From Camelus dromedarius (Eukaryota): a stretch of 64,000 nt of DNA. The notes below the pieces were generated by a model. It searched no databases. It worked only from the letters and a program-made list of their open reading frames with translations, and had not been told where the DNA came from. Both the position numbers and the translations under genes were made by a program. Of the stretch, positions 50,787 through 62,459 are shown piece by piece. How positions within the stretch are numbered: position 1 is the first letter of the stretch; each line of letters starts with the position of its first letter. Where the stretch lies: contig NC_087436.1 of the NCBI RefSeq assembly GCF_036321535.1, forward strand, positions 119,166,001 to 119,230,000, in the 5' to 3' direction.

Positions 50787-52290
50787 TAATCCTTAAACGG
50801 CGTTCTGTTTCTACTCGTAGAAGTGTTGATGAAGATTTGATTTAAGATTCTCACTGTTTCTGTTGTAGAGCCGGTCCTTACAGGGCATTAGGGAGCAGGT
50901 GGGCTGTGGTGTCTTGTTTTCCCACCATTGATGGAGTGCCTGCTGTATGCTGCAAGTTGCACATGCATTAGGCCCAGGCCCTCTCCTGAAGGTTTCTCGG
51001 GGGCTGTCCGTTGGGGAGACAGGCTCACCCAGGTCCGGGTTCAGGGTGGAGAGGGAGCGGTGCCGAAGGGAGGGCCTGGTGCTGTGTAGGTCTGGTGGAG
51101 TTGGAGACCTCAGACCCGGTGGAGATCAGGGACCAGCTCTGAGGGCTATCAGGTGATGTTCTCTTGTGTGGCAGTAAAGAAACTGAAGGACAGCCACTCG
51201 GGCAGAGCCTGGGGAAGCTCATGGGGTCGAAGGAGAAGCTGGACAAGAGGCCTGTCAGGTGGGAGGCAGGGCAGCTCTGGGCCTCTTGAGAGCAGGTGTC
51301 CATCTCCCCCAGGACTGCCAAGAGCTGCCTGCCCGGCCACCTCCAGGTCCCAGGTGCAGATTCCCAGGAGAGGGGATGGGACTGGCCAGCAGGGTCGGGG
51401 GCTGCTCCTGGATCAGTCAGTGCTTCCTTCCTGGCAGCTGAGAGCCTTTCCCACAGAGGGGATGTTGCCCTGGTGAGAAAGCTCCAAGCCTGTGGTCGGC
51501 TCCATCCACAGGACCCACTCTGGTCTCTTCTGGTTGCACATGAGAGAAACCAAAGCTGAGCCACAAGGAGCCTTTATTCTGAGGCCCACAGAACGAGAGA
51601 CGGGCGAGGATGTAATTGTGCCTCGGGTGCTGGACCCTCCATGCGGCGGCCCCTCTCCCTCCTTCCGTCCCCTGTGCTTCTCTCTGTCTGCAGACCTTCT
51701 TCCTCCTCCTCCTAGAGGGACGTGGCTGTGAACAGCTCTGGGGCCACATGTGTCCCCTCCACCCAAAAAGAACTGAGACTCAGACTCGGGTCTCAAGAGC
51801 AGAGGTCCAGGGAAAGATTCTGATTGGTCCTGGCGAGATCACGTGACACAGGTCTGGACCAATCACTGTAGCCTGGGGTATTGTGAGGAGATGGCAGCTC
51901 CAGCTGGAGCGCAGAGGTGAACAGACCGTTTCCTGGAAGGAGGAGGAGGGCTGAGGTCCTTCTGAGCAGAGACACCGATGGATGACCAGCAAGGGGAGAT
52001 GGCTTCCAACACTGGACAGAAACAGGGCTCCAAATGGACTTCCTGTGTGGTCTGGAAGAAACAGTCCCCTCTCTGGGTCTTAGTTTCCCCATCTGTAATT
52101 TGAAATGACTGGACAAGAGAGCCAAGGCTGTTTAGGGCATTTGCACCAGCAGATGCTTGAGGCTGACTGGGGTGTGGGCTACAGGTGGGAGGGCTGGGAG
52201 ACTGGCTGGAATGGGGGACTTAGAGAACTCTGAATGCCAGAAGGAGGAGTTTGGTCTCAGCCCTCCCCTTGTCATCCATCTGCCTTGCAG

Positions 52291-52428
52291 AGACTGCCCA
52301 GGATGGCCCAGGCCCCCAGCAGCAAGAGGCTGTGACTCTGCCCCCAAGTCTCCACCTGCAGACCCTCAGCATCCCCGGCTGGAACTACAGCTCCAACCAC
52401 ACAGAGCACCTGTGGAATCTCCGGAAAG
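52291..52428 (+). CDS. MAN2B2: MAN2B2 exon 16 (ETAQDG...[15 protein letters not shown]...NLRK)
   Basis: cttgcag| acceptor, 138 nt, donor AAG|gtgagg. Confidence 0.94.
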
Positions 52429-54011
52429 GTGAGGCAGGTGTTCATGTGTCCAGATTCACTCCACTCTCCCCATATCAACCAGACCCCCAAGCCCATCACC
52501 AGACAAAGGAGCTCTCCTCAGAGCTGTCCAGACTCTATATACCCTGGTTCTCTTATCTGCCAATGGGGAGAACGAGGCCCACAGAGAGGCAGGTCACTCA
52601 GGACGCCTGGGACAAGGTGGACCTGGATGCCATCCAGACAGCAGTGACAGTGTGCAGAGGGAAGCCCCCAGCAGGGCCTCAAGGAGGGCTCCCTGGGGGA
52701 AGAAACACCTGCCAGGAACCAACTTGTTATATTGCCGAAGCCCCTGCGGCACCTGATCTGCCACTATACACCTGAGCACCTCCCTAGCAGGGCTGATTGT
52801 GCCTCAGCCACTATCCTGTTCCCAGAGACCCACCCAGGGCTGGCACACCCCAAAGTAAGTGTGTGCAGAACTAGGAAAAAGGGGAAAAGGAAGAGGCAGA
52901 GACCAAATTTTACCTTTGTATCTGGTACTCTGGATATTAGAAACAGTGGCTGCAACCTACAGCCACGTGGCTGCCTAACACGGACTTATAACATCCCCAC
53001 TCCCCCGGCCTGTCACAGAAGACGAGGGGCAGAGGGCCTCTCCTGCAATAACAGAGCCTTCCCTACCTACCTGTGTGCGATGCCAAGCCCACTGAGAACA
53101 CTTGCACTGGACGCAGCTTCTACCAAAGAAGAGGAAAAGGGGGCTGGGCTGGACCAGTGCTTCCTTCCGGACAGAAGTGAGTGAGGGACCGAGCGACAGC
53201 TGCATCCAAAGATGCAGTGAGGCTCCCCTGGTCCTCATATGCTACTAACCACCTTATGACGCAGGCTACCGTCATCACCGTCACCTTCATCGTGTCATCA
53301 GCACCGTCCTTCTCCTTGTCTTCATCGTTATCACCAGCGTCATCATCATCAGTTCTTAACCACAGCACTAAGAACATAGGGAAGAGATTTTACAAAGTTT
53401 TTTGCTTCAGTAACAAAATTCCGAACTCTCGCTGTCCTACTAGAACCATCATTTCACCCCCACGCCACGTGTCCACTGGGCATCAGCAGGAACGCCCTTC
53501 TCACCTGGTCACCAGGGACCTGGCAGGTGGAGGCTGTGTTGTAACACAAGCTTCCTCAGTCACTGAGGCAGGAAAAAGCTTCCGTGGGACATGAGGCATC
53601 ACCTCTGCTCACACTGTGTTGGCCTCAGAGTTATGTGGCCACTCCACCCTTCACAGAGAACGAAATACAATATTCCAGAGAACTGGAAGATTGAGGACAG
53701 GCTCAGTGATGGCCACAAAGCTGAATGAGGACCAAGACTTTCCAAACGTCAGAATTGGCCCCTGTGTGGGTGGTGGGAGGCACTACAGTCAGCTGGACCT
53801 GGGCTGGAATCCTCCCTCCCTCCTTCTGTTGCTCAGCAGCTGTGTGGCCTTGAGCAAGTGTCTGCCCCTCTCTGAGCCTCGAATCCTTGTCTGTCAAGTG
53901 GGGGCCATGTCAGCTGCCTCCCAGGGCGGTTGAAGATGTGAAGTTGAGGTGAGTGTGTAAGGTACCAGGCACAGACAGGGGTCCTCACTGCCACCTTCCT
54001 GTGTCCCTAAG

Positions 54012-54124
54012 GCCATCCACGAAAGGCCAAGGCTGACCTCCGCCGTGTCCTGCTGCGGCTCCACCACCTGTATGAGGTGGGGGAGCACCCGGTCCTGTCT
54101 CAGCCTGTGACGGTGAACCTGCAG
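54012..54124 (+). CDS. MAN2B2: MAN2B2 exon 17 ([38 protein letters not shown])
   Basis: ccctaag| acceptor, 113 nt, LLRLxHLYE motif, donor CAG|gtaacc. Confidence 0.94.
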
Positions 54125-55624
54125 GTAACCTGCCCCCACCTTGCGTCCCGCCCTCAGGTCACTGAATCAGCCCCCTGCCCCCCAGCAGATGCACACAGGG
54201 AGACAAACCCAAGTGCGACCGTCCTGACTCGGATGCCCCTGGGCACAAAGGAGGGAGGGTCAGTCTCCGGGGGACAGGGGGGCGCCACCCCTCCTTCTTT
54301 GAGGACTTCTGGGCTGTCAGTTATGACAACATGCCTGCATTTTGGTTGTTTCACATTTATTCTTGTGGTAAATGTTTTTACACAACACAGATGTTACTTG
54401 TGTGATCAGAAAACACAGTAGATTTTCACACAGACTTCCTAGATGGTGATCAGTCACAGAGTCCAGGGTGTGGGTCAAGGAGACTCTGCTGAGCAGCGCG
54501 GGCCCCCTGGGCTCTGGGCCTAAGACTCCCCACCTCTGAATGGGGAGGGCAGAGTCTCTGCCTGCAGGGCTGCTGAGAGGCCCTGGGGTGCTCACGTGCA
54601 CACAGGGGCCTCACACCTAGGAGGCTGGTGGATTTGTGTCCCCGGACCCCGACCTCCGTCCTCACTCCCCTCTGACCCCCACTAACAGGTGAGGCGCCTG
54701 CTGCCCGGACTGACCGCCTTCTTTCCTCAGAAGCTGTGAGGAGATGCCTGCTTTCTCCCCAGTTTGCTTCTCTGTGGGGCTGTGGGCTCGTTACTCATCT
54801 CCTGCTCACAGAGAATTTCTGTAAATCTCTGTGTTGTGGCTCTGGCCCCATTGGTACCTGTGTCCTCCACGGACTCTGGAAGGACCCCAGTAACCCACCC
54901 GGAGCTGCCGTTGCGACGCCTTCCCATCGCCCCCTTTCACAGCTCTCGCCTCCATGCAGGCGGGTGGACGGCCTCTTTCCTCCCCAGGGTCCTTCCCTCT
55001 GTCGTCACGGACCTGCTGCCCAGGTGACCTTCATCTTCCCACCTGGCCTTCATCCGTGCACTGGCTTTATTTCTTCTGTTGTCACCACTTGGTCGCAGAA
55101 GCAGATGTAAAGGCAGAAGGGGGGATGGGAGCAGCACACAGAGCCTCGCCCTCCATGCCTTCTCCCACCAGCACAGGGAAGCTCCTGCAGACAATCCCAG
55201 CCCTCCGGTCCGCAGACTGTCCTTTCCTTACAGTGGCCAGAATGGCGGCCCCCCTCCCCTCTGCACGGGGGGGCTGGGTCGGTGCTTACTGGGGAAGAGG
55301 GGATGGAAACCAGGACTGGCTCCATCCTGGGTCCATGCAGGGCGCCAGCTGAGCAACGCTGGGAGGAGGGACCGATGTTGGGGGAAGGTCAGGTTCCTGC
55401 CGTCCCCTGGGCCTGCTCATCCAGCTGGGCACATGGGGACGCACGCTACTCCCCGGCCTCAGTTCCCTCTTCTGTAAAATGGGGCTGCCCATCCTGTCCC
55501 TGGAGATTTGCTTCAGGAACGAAGTGCAGGAGATGCTGTGCCCTGGGCCACGGTGCGCCCGCCCTTGCTTCTGTTTTGTTCTCTGCTCAGAGCTGGGGCC
55601 TCGGGTAGCTCACCCCTCCCACAG

Positions 55625-55745
55625 TCCGTGCTGCGGGGGCTGGGCTCCGTGCTGGCGGTGGAGGAGCGCTCGCTCACTGGGACCTGGGACGTGAGCACGC
55701 TGCACCGCTGGACGTGGAGGACCCAGGATCGTCCCCTCCGCAGAG
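55625..55745 (+). CDS. MAN2B2: MAN2B2 exon 18 ([21 protein letters not shown]...PLRR)
   Basis: cccacag| acceptor, 121 nt, donor GAG|gtttgg. Confidence 0.92.
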
Positions 55746-55969
55746 GTTTGGGCGCCCCTGGTTCAGGCTCCACCCGGGATTCCCAGCCCGCCCTTCAGCC
55801 AGGATCAGGAACTGGACAGGCTTGGCTCAGATCCCACTCTGCTCCTTAAGACCCATGTGACCTTGAACAGGCTGCCCTCCTGCTCTGAGTCTCAGCCTTT
55901 CTGAATGCACCACATCAGGTTAAGGAAGGCTTCAGGTCAGCCTCCACCTGCCAGGAGTCCACACAGGTG

Positions 55970-55995
55970 GGGTGTGTGTGTGTGTGTGTGTGTGT
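55970..55995. repeat. (GT)n microsatellite
   Basis: Directly visible. Confidence 0.9.
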
Positions 55996-56339
55996 CTCCA
56001 AGACCATACCCCTGCCTGTGCCTTGGGTGAGCCCCAAACTTACCAGCACATCCCCAGGGGGCACCTGCCATGCTGAGCTCACACTGCACACCCCACAGTT
56101 ACCCCTTGAAAACCACTGGCTGCTTCTTGCCTCCCAATCTGTGCCTGTGCCGCTCCCTCTGCCTGGACAGCGTTGTCCCCTTCATCCTGGCCAGCTTCTA
56201 GTCGAGCTCCCCGAGGTCCAGGGCTGGGTCAGGTGCCTCCTCTGCTCTCTGTTCCCGCTGAGTTTGCTCTGACCCATATCACCTTTTGTGTACTGCACAC
56301 AGCATGGTCTGGGCACATAGGTAGACACTTAGTCAATTT

Positions 56340-56565
56340 GGGATAGATGGGTGGATGGAAAGATGGATAGGTGTTGAAGAAAAAGAGCAGAAGGAAGGAA
56401 GGATGGAAAAAAGAGGGAGTCATCGAGCGAGGGAGGCAATGATGGAGCGAGGTGTATGCTGGATACACGGATGAGTGGATGATGAGTGGATGATGAGTGA
56501 GTGGATGGGAGGATAGATGGATGGATGGATGGATGGAAGCACGGGTGAATGAATGGATGGATAAG
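56340..56565. repeat. (GGAT/GGAA)n degenerate tract
   Basis: Directly visible. Confidence 0.85.
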
Positions 56566-56947
56566 ATGCATCCCAAGGGAGAAGCCTGAGCCCCAGGATG
56601 TGACTTCAGCAGAGCCCAGTGAGATAAAGGGCAGTTCCCCCTCCATGGCCTCAGTGAGAACGCTCTCAGGCATTGAGTGCCACACCCCAGGGGATATGAG
56701 GCCAAGTGGGGCAGGACCAGCTGGATCCGCCTTCCCTGTGGTGGGGCGCTCTGCAGAGGGCAGAAATGAAAGAAGCCTGCTGGCAGTGCAGCCCTGTCAG
56801 GAAGGGGCAGCCGACGGCCCTGATCACCATAGAAACCGCGAGAATGCGGGCAGGGGCGGTGTTGTGAGGGGGGTGCAGGGAGGAGGTGACCTGGGGAAGC
56901 AGGTGGCTCCAAGGACGGTGCTGGACAGACCACCTCTGCTCCCCCAG

Positions 56948-57045
56948 GAGGCTCCAGCCACCCTTCGCCAACCCCCGGATGCCCCACCATCACCATCCAC
57001 CCGAAGGAAATCCGGACCTTCTTCATTCACTTTCGAAAGCAATGA
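56948..57045 (+). CDS. MAN2B2: MAN2B2 exon 19 coding part ([32 protein letters not shown])
   Basis: cccccag| acceptor (CAGGAG tandem acceptor), PKEIRTF terminal motif, TGA at 57043-57045. Confidence 0.94.
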
Positions 57046-57166
57046 GCCCTTGGCGGATGTGTGGCCTCAGGATGCAGAGGACGCAGCGTGGAGGGGTGAG
57101 GGGTCACTGCCCATCTGGCAGGCCTGCGGCAGGACATGGATGGAACTGGGGTGTTCTGATCTCTTC

Positions 57167-57172
57167 AATAAA
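57167..57172 (+). terminator. Polyadenylation signal of MAN2B2
   Basis: AATAAA about 120 nt after the stop codon, followed by a T/C-rich tract. Confidence 0.7.
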
Positions 57173-57609
57173 CATTGCATTGAGGACCTGTTTCTTCCCC
57201 TGCCCCCCAGAGCCAGCCCTCCCTCTCCTCTCCTCTCATGTGTGAGAGCTTCACACAGGCTCACGTTCCTTGTTCATTTCCCAAAGTCAAAGACAGGAGG
57301 TTCTCCCAGAGGCAGAGGAAATACAGGGTTACCAAAATGCATCTGCCTGCAGGCTTCGCTGGGTCTCACCAAGGTCACCAGTGATGACTGTGGCCCTGCT
57401 GCGTGCAGGGGGCCTTCACAGGCTCATCCCAGGCTGATGACACCCCTGAAGGGTGTGGCTGTGCCCACTGGACGGGGGAGGGAGCTGTCCACCCCAGACT
57501 CCTCCCCTGCCCCAGGGGGACACCTGCCACCTCCTAGCTCAGGCCACCAGGAGATGAAAGGAAACCGCATAGCACATGAAATGGGACACCATTTATAAGA
57601 ATTATTAAC

Positions 57610-58130
57610 AACAAGAAATGTGTATGTTCCACTCCCAGATGTACGTCCAAAGGACTGGGAATATATACTCTCCAGGAAATATTACTGCACGTTCACAGGC
57701 ACATTCTTCACATTCATCAAAGGTGGACACAACTCAAGTGTCCATCAGATACCTAAATACACAAAACATGCCATATCTACACAGTGGAATATTACTCAGC
57801 CATAAAAAAGAACAAAGGCCACTACAAACATTATATAAGTGAAGGAAGCCAGACACGAAAGGCCACATGCTGTGCCATTCCATTTCCATGAAGTGTCCAG
57901 AAGAGGCAAATCCACGCAGGTTGAAAATAGAGTCCTAGTTCCCGGGGGCCGGGGGAGGACAGAACAGGTGTGACTCCTGGCAGGTCTGGGGTGTCTTTGC
58001 GGGGTGGTGTGATTGTTGGAGAATTAGATAGTGCTGAGGGTGGCACGGTTTTGTGAATGCACCAAAACCCGCTGAACTGTGTACTTGGAAAGTATGAGTT
58101 TGATGGTGTGTGATTACATCTCAGTGGCAA
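57610..58130 (+). mobile_element. Old L1 3' end (L1MB/MC-like)
   Basis: caagtgtccatca...cagtggaatattactcagccataaaaaagaa...gtgaaggaagccagacac...gaattagatagtg. Confidence 0.8.
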
Positions 58131-58339
58131 ATATTCTGGGAGAGTCAACTATGAGATGCAAGGAGGTCGTATGGTCCCCAGGGCTGAGGGATGTCCTGAG
58201 GGAAGGACAGACTTGGAAGGACTCGACCTCCTGGGAGAGGGTGGCCTGTGACCACCGGACAGCAGAGTCCTTCTCTGGTCCGGCCAGTGGGAGCTGCTCT
58301 GGAGCTGCGGGCAGGGAAGGTCCTGGGCGTGCAGATGGG

Positions 58340-59060
58340 AGCAGGCCACGGGCGACCGGGGACACGGGGCGCGGGGAGCCGGGCCGCAGGGGCGGAGGCC
58401 TTCGCCGCCCGGGGGTGCCCGGGGCCCGGCTGCCGTGTCGGGCAGGCCGGGCTGTGGCTGCGGAAAGGCCAACCGCGCTCGCGGCGAGGACGAACTCCGT
58501 CTCAGAGGAATTCCGCCGACGGCCGGGAGCAGGTGACCGGGGCGCGTCCGGGGTGACGCCGGCAGCCGGCAGAGGGCAGCAGCGTGGCGCCTCGAAGGCC
58601 CGCGGCGCGTCTGGGGCGTGCGCGCTGCAGGGGGGCGCCGGCACGCGCCCCTCGGCGCAGCCCCGCGCCGGCCGTGCGGGGCCGCGGGGCCCGGGAGGGG
58701 CGGCCCGGCCCGAGGGAGGGGCCCCGCTCGGCCTCGGCCCGCCGGGCCCGGAGACGGGGCCTCCGGTGCGCCTGCGCGAGAGGCGCGCGCCGCCCCGGCT
58801 CTGGGCCGCCAGCCGGGCGCGAGGGGGGCGGCGAGAAGCCTCTGCGCTGTCGGCCCGCTGCCTCTTCCGGGCCCCCAGGGGGCCCTCCTCGGGCCGTGTT
58901 GGGAACAGCCCAGGGAGGGTCCGGGCCGGGTTCTGTCCCGTGTTTAACCTCTCCCGGCACAGGCCCTGGGGCGGGAGCGGGGGCCTGCGGAGGGCTCTCG
59001 GCGTTGTCAGCTTTGCTGTCGCAAAGCCTCACGTGACGAAGGAGCGGCAGAACCTCCACT
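58340..59060. promoter_or_regulatory. CpG island with promoter motifs, no associated CDS found
   Basis: Very GC- and CpG-rich 700 bp with NRF1-like, ETS, GC-box and E-box motifs. Confidence 0.85.
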
Positions 59061-59289
59061 GTCCCCTGCAAACAGGAGCTCCGTTCAGGGCCCTTCCCCC
59101 CGAACCGTCACTGTCGTTCCTGGATGTGCTGGGCTCCGTCCTGAGTGCTTGACACCTGGGGTCTCCAATCCCCCAGCAACCAGCGTGCGAGGTCAGGGTT
59201 CTTGACTCCACGAGGACAATCCAGAGTCTTCCTCTGCTCCCTGTGGGCTCTGCTCGCCGCTCCCCAGACTGCTGTCTCCCCTCCTCCTC

Positions 59290-59700
59290 TGCTTCAGCCA
59301 CATCAGTCTTGTGGTTCCTCTAATGCACCAACCACAGCCCCACCTCAGGGCCTTTGCACCTGCCATTCCCTCTGCCTGCAAAGCTCCTACCCCAGTGCTG
59401 CCCGGCTCCCTCCCTAGTTCCATTCAGGTCTCTGCCCAAAGGTCCCTTCCTCCTCTGTCCACTCTAAGCAGGGTGTCAGCCCTGCCCACCAGTCCCTCTC
59501 TGCTCCCCCCTCCCCACCACCCCCAGCCAGGCTTTCTCCTTCTCCAAGCCCTCCGAGCACTCGTCAGTATGTAGGGGGGTTACCTGTCCACCCATGTCCT
59601 GTCTGTGCCCTCCCAGCAGGTGTGAGCTTCACAGAGGAGAAACTGCTGGGCTCCCAGGCAGAGCCGTGTCCGGACATGCCTGGTCCTTGGTCACCATTCA
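59290..59700. mobile_element. L2 3' fragment (a similar one lies at about 9240-9400)
   Basis: cctcagggcctttgcacctgccattccctctgcctg L2 hallmark. Confidence 0.65.
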
Positions 59701-60169
59701 GTAGATGCGCTGCAGCCGCAGTGACAAAGGGGCTCTGTGACTTTCCTTCAGTAGAAGAGTGAGGATAGGAAGGTGGGGGTCCCCCTGGCCCCATCTGACC
59801 CCCCTTCCAGGGCCATGGCCTTGGACTGACCATCCGTTGGAAAGGGTGCTGTGAGCCCAGGAGGGCCTCTGATATTGCGGCCCCTCACCCTGGCCCCATT
59901 GTCCCCAGGAGGGCCCCCCAGAGCCTGGTCTCAAGGTTCTGTGTGACCAGGGAGAAATGGAAGCTTCATCTGCACTGAGTCCCAGGATGTGGCAGGGCCC
60001 CACCCCCAGTGACTACTAACCCGAGGTCCTGATGGTGCACACCCTTCAGGCACCTCTGGGTGAGCGGAGCAACAGCCCTGTGGTGGGGGCAAATTGCTCT
60101 CATGCATGGTCATCTGGAATCCTGCAGGGAAACGAGGGAGCTGGGTGTTTAGGGGAATAAAAGCTGATA

Positions 60170-62455
60170 CGGGAACAAGGGTGTTTTGATAATTTTCTTT
60201 GTATTAGTTTGATTTTTCTTTCTGATTTTTGTGACTCTATTGTATGCTTTTGAATTGTCGTTACCCTGTTTTTCAAGTATGTTTAACCCATTACTATATG
60301 TATTTACTTTAGGCTGGTAATCATATAGGCTCAAACACATCCTAAAACAAACAAACAAACCAACAAACCTACATTTTCTTGCTCCCCTCTCCAACACTGT
60401 ACGATTGGCCACCCTCTTTCACATACTCACGCTTAATTCTTTTGCTGTCCGTGGTAGTTATCGCATTTCCCATTGTGATTTTCTCTTTTCTACAGAGTCC
60501 TGTTTCTTTTCTATTTAGAGAAGATCTTTCAAGATTTCCTTTAGGATAGGTTTAGTACTGCTGCCTTCTTTTAGCTTTGCTTGCCTGAGAAACCGTCTCT
60601 CTCTCCTTCTATTCTAAGTGATAGCCTCGCTGGGTAGAGTATCTGAGGCTTTTCTCTCTCAGGACTTCAGATATATCTTGCCACTCCCTTCTGGCCAGCA
60701 ATGTTTCTGTAGAGAAACCAGCTGAGAGCTTTCTGGGGGTTCCCTTGTAACTAACTGTGTTTTTCTCTTGCTGCCTTTAGCATCTTTTCTTTACCTTTAA
60801 CTTTGACCATGTTAATTATAATATGTCTTCGTGGAAGTCTGTTTGGGTTCTTCTTGTTTGAGACCCTCTATGCTTCCTGTATTTTGATATCTGTTTCCTT
60901 CTTTGTGTTGGGGAATTTTTCAGTCATAATTTCTTCAAATATGTTTTCAATACCCTTTTCTCTTTCTTCTCCTCTGGGACCCCTATTATGCATAAATTGG
61001 CATGCTTCATATTATCCCAAAGGTCCCTTATATTGCTTTCATCTTTTTTTTCATTTGTTTTTCGGACTCCTGTTCTGACTGAGTGACTTCCGTTACTGTG
61101 TCTTCCAAATGGCTCACTCGTTCCTCCGCATTGTTTGGTTTGCTATTGATTGCCTTTAGCTCAGCTTCTATCTCAGCAGTTGAGTTTTCTGATTTTAATT
61201 GGCTCCTCTTACAGTTTCTGCTTCCTATTCTCCATTTCTATCTGCAGCCTCTCTTATTTCCTTTAGTGCTTTTATCCGTTCCTTTTTGCACTCAGGTTCC
61301 AGCAGACTGCAGAGGTCTGTCCCACTGTTCGCACTTTCAGGGGGTTTCTCTTGTTCCTTTACTTGGGGGTGGTTCCTCCGCTTCTTCATTTTCTTATATC
61401 TCTCTCTGACGCTGAGTTGAGAAGTAAGTTATCCCTGTGCTCTTGAAGGGCTGTTTTCACAGGGGAGCATGTCTGTGTAGACTGTGTGTGTCTGCTCTTG
61501 TTGGGAGGGCTGTTTTTAGTATGGACGGTTGTCACTTCTTTCCTCCATGTGTGCTGGTTGTTATCGCATTGATTGGGGGGTGATCAGTGCTGTGGTGACC
61601 AGAGTCTGCCCTGGATGTTGAGTGGGGCCTCCTCTCTGCTCTGTGGCTATCACAGCCCTGTCAGGAGCTGGGTCTGCTCCTCTGTTGTTGGAATAGAGGC
61701 CCCCAGATCCATTTCTGAGCTGCCTTGTGAGGTAGGCAGGACTGGGCTGCTTCTGCTGGGAGAGGAGCCTCTGAGCATTCTTCCACAGCTGATGTCCACA
61801 GGGAGGTGTCCTTTGTGGTGTCGCCTATCACTCTTTGTGCAGGCTTACAAAATACACTTGTTGATGCTGCCCTTGTCCCCACCTCAAGCTGCAGGAATGC
61901 TGGCAACCCGCCCTGGTGTCCTCCAGGCTCCACACCCACAAAGCCACCAGTGCAGATCCACCAGCGTCAGACACCAGGGTCCACTGCTGTCTGCGTCCTG
62001 TCAGGCACTGGATCCACAGTGGTCTACCCAGGCTCCAGCCCCACCTTTGCACAAGCACACCCAGTGTTAATGCCATACCCACCCCTGCCACACACCAGTA
62101 CTCAGCTTGTATGTCCTAGAGACGCCGATTCAACAAAGGCACCAGCAGAGCAAATGTGTCACAGCCACCTGGGCCTGGGCTCAGATCTCAGCCCCACTTT
62201 CAAAGTGGCGCAGCGTCTGGGAATGGGTTCAGTTTTCAGCCCTGCCTCTGCCCAGAAGCCACTCGCCAGCAGTTGTGCCTCTTCACGAGCCAGCTAAGAA
62301 GACTGCTAGGTCTGGATCCCGCCCCTCCCCCTGCAAGAGTACACTGACAGTGATGCCAAGCAATGCCCTCTGGGCTAGCGGAGAAGGCAGCTGTGGCTGG
62401 CTGCATTGCACTCCTCCCTCCACATGTACCAGCAGCGGAAACTTCTACAGTAGAC
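60170..62455 (-). mobile_element. L1 5' portion (5' UTR, ORF1, inter-ORF region), antisense, degraded
   Basis: tcttgccactcccttctggcc...gtttctgtagagaaaccagctga...ggttcccttgtaa is antisense L1 ORF1; a GC-richer 5' UTR-like segment follows. Confidence 0.75.
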
Positions 62456-62459
62456 CCAG

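Larger units (their letters stand above)
22137..57045 (+). other. MAN2B2: Complete 19-exon gene for a GH38 alpha-mannosidase (MAN2B2 / epididymis-specific alpha-mannosidase type), 993 aa
   Basis: 19 exons spliced by hand, all GT-AG with consistent phases; lengths sum to 2982 nt with no internal stop. It has a signal peptide and the GH38 motifs [21 protein letters not shown] and QHHDGITGT, and ends in EIRTFFIHF. Confidence 0.96.

Noticed and set aside
51821..51865. Hairpin-like TGATTGGTCC...GGACCAATCA around TCACGTGAC
   Set aside because: Matches the gattgg...gtcac.tg...ccaatca pattern of old MLT1 LTRs, so probably a repeat remnant rather than an RNA gene.
56549..57598. 349-aa ORF
   Set aside because: Starts in a GGAT repeat and crosses exon 19 in a different frame; no domain.
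58079..59152. 357-aa Arg/Gly/Ala/Pro-rich ORF and overlapping ORFs
   Set aside because: Stop-poor CpG-island sequence is open in several frames. The ORF starts in an L1 remnant and does not resemble MRFAP1 or other proteins I know.
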